From Piromyces finnis finn (taxonomy: Eukaryota; Fungi; Neocallimastigomycota), in NCBI GenBank assembly GCA_002104945.1, contig MCFH01000003.1:868001-932000 (forward strand): 64,000 bases of DNA, in the 5' to 3' direction. The notes under the pieces were generated by a model that worked only from the letters and a program-made list of their open reading frames with translations, did no database searches and was not told where the DNA came from. The translations under genes and the position numbers were made by a program. Positions 60,301 to 64,000 of the stretch are shown in pieces; position 1 is the stretch's first letter; the number at the start of each line of letters is the position of its first letter.

Positions 60301-62184
60301 TTATTAATATTTATTTTTAAAGTAGTAAAACATTTGTAGGAACAGTAGTACCATTAGCAATAGTTATATTTTGTTCCTCATCACTTTTTCCAATATTTTT
60401 ATTTGATAGTTTATTAAAACCATTTGTAGTAATGATATTGACATTTGCGCCAGTATCATAAAGAATTTTTAAATATTTTCCATTTATATCACCAATTATT
60501 AATGGAATATTAGAGTTATTAAAGGAGTACATCACTTTTTCAACTTTAGGTTTACATCCTTGTTCTAATTCTTTTCTAAGTGATGGACTAGCAGAAAGTA
60601 ATTGAGAAAGACTTATTTTTGGATATAAATTATTTGCTTCTTTAATTATACTAAATTTATCTTTGGTTTTTAACATTTGTATTTCTGTCATATTTCTTTT
60701 TGTGGTTACTTTGGTTTTGACAGAATTTTTCTTTACTTTTACATCACTTGTTTCATTATTATTTTTAAAAGTTTCTTCATTGGTAGAATCATTAGAGTTA
60801 TTAATTTCAATAGGTTGGATATGTTCTTTTGTATTAGTAACTTCTTCTAAAGGTATTTCATTTGTATTATTTTGTTCTTCTTCAATTTCTATTTCTATTT
60901 CTTCATTTGGGGTTTCTTCCATAACTTCATCTTTATCTTCGCTAATTTTTCTTCTACGAGTATCTCTAATAGCCTTCTTTTGTTGTTTTAAATTCCTAAT
61001 GTTAGGTTGGTTAAGTATTGAGGGTTTGACAATACTTTTATTATTTGGTGATATTTTATTTTTATCTAATGTTTTAACATTTATTTTCTTCTTTTGAGCC
61101 GCATTAATAGAATAATTATTTTCATTAGAGATATTAGAATTTATTTGTGCTTCTTGTGTATTTTGTGAACTATTTGCAATTTTAGTTTTTATGAGAGATT
61201 GCTTACTCCCATTATTTAGTTTAAATGATTGTATTCGTCATCTAATTCTGGACAATCATTCGTAGTATGACCTATTCTTTTACAATTTAAGCAAACATTA
61301 ATTTTTAGGTCAGCAAGCTTTTGAGTTATTTCTTTTAACTCATCATCATTATTTTGTGGGTATTTTAAGGTACTTCTTCTTTGCTCAACGTTTTGATTAA
61401 TATTATTAAATCTTGAATAATTATTGTTATCATTATTGTAGTTATTACTTTGAATATTACTATTATAATTATTATTTCTATAGTTATTAGTATAATTTCT
61501 ATTATTATAATTTTTGAAACTATTTTGAGTAGTGTTATTGTTATTCATTCGGTTATAACTATTAAAATTATTTGAATATGCTCTATCATTATTTCTTTGA
61601 GCATTATTATCATTTGGAGACCTTCTAGAACTAATGGAAGTTCTTATTTTTGGTCTATTTTCTTCAACTATATTGAAAATTTTCTCTTTCTTAATAGTAA
61701 TGTTTCTGGCTTCTTCTAAACTTTTTGGTTCAGCTTCTAAAAGTGCTTCGTAAGTTTTAGTAAGGTTTCTAAAAGCATTAATGTAGTAGGACAATATGAT
61801 TTCATTTGACATTTTTAAGTTTGTTTTATTTATTAAAGAGTCAACTTTAATATTGAATTCAGATACACTTTCATTTTTCTTTATTGTAATAGTAGACAAT
61901 TCTAATAATCTAGAATTCTTTGGTACTGAACCTTTAAAATGACTTTTAAGGTTTTTGATGATGGTATTATAATCATCTGGTGTTTCTTTATTTAATGCAT
62001 TAACTACAATTGTTCTAGCTGTACCTGTAGTTAATGATATAAGGTATTCTAACTTTTCTTGTTCTGGTACCTTATATAAATTACACCAATGTTTAAAAGA
62101 AAATTCCCAATCATCAAATTCAACCTTTGTTGAACCCAAAATAGGTATTCTATTAAAGGTAATACCTTTAGTAGTATTATCCAT
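57360..62184 (-). mobile_element. Ty3/gypsy element D (gag, PR, RT, RH, IN) with several frameshifts; PPT at ~57361-57375; 5' leader probably extends to ~63400
   Basis: gag with CLNCKRIGHTTNDC; ILYDTGANVNII; [11 protein letters not shown]; YIDD; RTDASTNGIG; HSVGH..CRKC, TDNGSSF and SNGMIENRN; FYGPY. Confidence 0.95.
61191..61225 (-). promoter_or_regulatory. -1 ribosomal frameshift signal (U UUA AAC + hairpin), gypsy D
   Basis: TTTAAAC in gag phase before TAA, 6-nt spacer, ATGGGAG-taagcaat-CTCTCAT; the -1 frame is open into ORF 60317..60922. Confidence 0.8.
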
Positions 62185-64000
62185 TATTACTTTTTATTTT
62201 TATTTTATTTAATTTTATTTTAATATTTTATTTAAAAACTCAATTTTTATTTATTCTCAATAATTTAGCTATAAGAACAATAATATGTTTTTATTTACAA
62301 CAATCTTTATTTACAATAATTTAGTTATAAGTACAGTAATATGTTTTTATTTACAATAGTCTTTATTTACAATAATATAATTTTATTTACAGGTATTTTA
62401 TTTATTACTGTTATTAATAAAATATAATCTTATATAACGTCTATATAATGTAATATAAAAGGAGTAATTGGTTGTTATTTGTAAACACTTGTAGACACTT
62501 GTTTTAGTTTTATTGTAATTAAGAAGATTTTATTTTTGAGAAAATGTTAAGAATATATTTTATTTATATCAAGTTATTTATATATTAGTATTGTTAAAAA
62601 AAATATTTAATTTAGAGTAGGATGTTTATTTTATTTCTTTATTATAAGGCAGAAAATAATATTGATTATGTTATTATAGTACCTTCAGAGTACCCGACAG
62701 TTTCGTCACCGTGCCTTTCGACCTCCACTAACTAACCGTCATAAATATTAAGTGGTGTAATATTTACTTATTAGTTAGCGCTCTACTCCCCCACGATATG
62801 TGATAAAACTGCACTCTTACTAACTTACTATAAAACACTTTAATTATCTTAGTAATTAATTAACCAAAAAGATAAACAAAAGTTATTTTTCGCTGAAAAT
62901 TAACTAAAAAAAGACAACTCAATATTATTGCTTTTATTATTTAAAATTTATAACAATATTCTTAATTTTATTTGACCGATGATTATATTTTATAATTTTT
63001 ATTAAATAATTTTTATCTTTAATTTATAAATTATAATTATTAATTTATAATTATAATTTATGTATTTCTTTTCTTTTAAAAAAAAATAATTAAATATAAA
63101 ACTTTATTTACAGGATTTATTTTTCGCTTTTTAGTGCCTTACAACAATTTAATTAACCGGCAAAAGCTACTAACTAGAGGTAATATACTAGACCTCAAAA
63201 TAAATTTAAACTATATATTTTTATGTCGCTTTACCTTCACGACAAACCTTTAGCCTTCGGTGACTAAAGTTCCTTATTCGCCAGAGTTCACAAAAGTATT
63301 CAACTTGAGAGTCCTGTATTGCGTGCTTTTTATCACACTAACAATCCCTTTCCCCAAGTAAGCGTGCTATTCACACTCGTCCTACTTTTACAAATACTTC
63401 AGTGATTAACAGCTATAGTTTCTAACCAACTGAAACTAGTTAATTATACACTGAAACTCTGTATATGAGCTCTATACGCTCCTAGTATATTTTTACAAGT
63501 ATTTTTATTTATAAAGTTTTATATTTATAATTTTTTTTTTTTTTGGTGTATATATATTTTTATATATATATACTTAAATCTTTATTTATTATTATTTTGA
63601 TTTATTTTTATTATATATTTATTTTTATGTATATATATCTAATGTATATATACCTATTTTATTATTATAATTAATTCTTTCAACTATCTTATTTACAATA
63701 TTATCAATCTATTTATCTAATAATTTTTCTATACTATTTTTTTTTTTTTTTTAATTCTTTTCTTATTTAAAATATCTATATATTTTATCTAATATATAAT
63801 GTTTATATATCAATTTACTATATTAATACTATACTATTAAGTATTATAATTTATTTATTTTATTTTAATATTGTTTTAATAATATTTAAATAATATTTCA
63901 ATATTGAATATTGATTTATTATTTTAATATTATTTTATTATTTAATAAGTTATAATTTCTAAATAGATAAAATATTGAGAATATTTAACTATTCTATTAA

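Noticed and set aside
62680-62735. Hammerhead-like GAAAC/CTGA words in the gypsy D leader (minus strand)
   Set aside because: CTGAAGG is not CUGANGA and stem I cannot form.

Overview
Extremely AT-rich eukaryotic DNA with GT-AG introns. The composition and receptor gene types point to an anaerobic gut fungus (Neocallimastigomycota); this is inferred, not proven. The first ~23 kb holds a nearly intact APE-RT LINE (running off the left edge) and two tandem solute-binding-protein/7TM (class C-like GPCR) genes that share an in-frame TGA. It also holds a maltose O-acetyltransferase pseudogene, a multi-exon beta-helix/EGF/7TM receptor gene, a LITAF-domain gene and retroelement relics. From ~23.7 kb to the end is a nested retrotransposon pile: three Ty3/gypsy elements, a Ty1/copia, solo LTRs with 5-bp TSDs and a LINE fragment. 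The standout is a 6.3-kb non-autonomous LTR element (33383-39714, TSD GTAGC). It has near-identical 788-bp LTRs, a Tf1-type self-priming PBS and only ghost PR/RT/IN sequence. It also carries an internal array of 8 conserved ~50-nt hairpin motifs showing compensatory changes. All three gypsy elements show readable -1 frameshift signals. All alignments and folds were done by eye.
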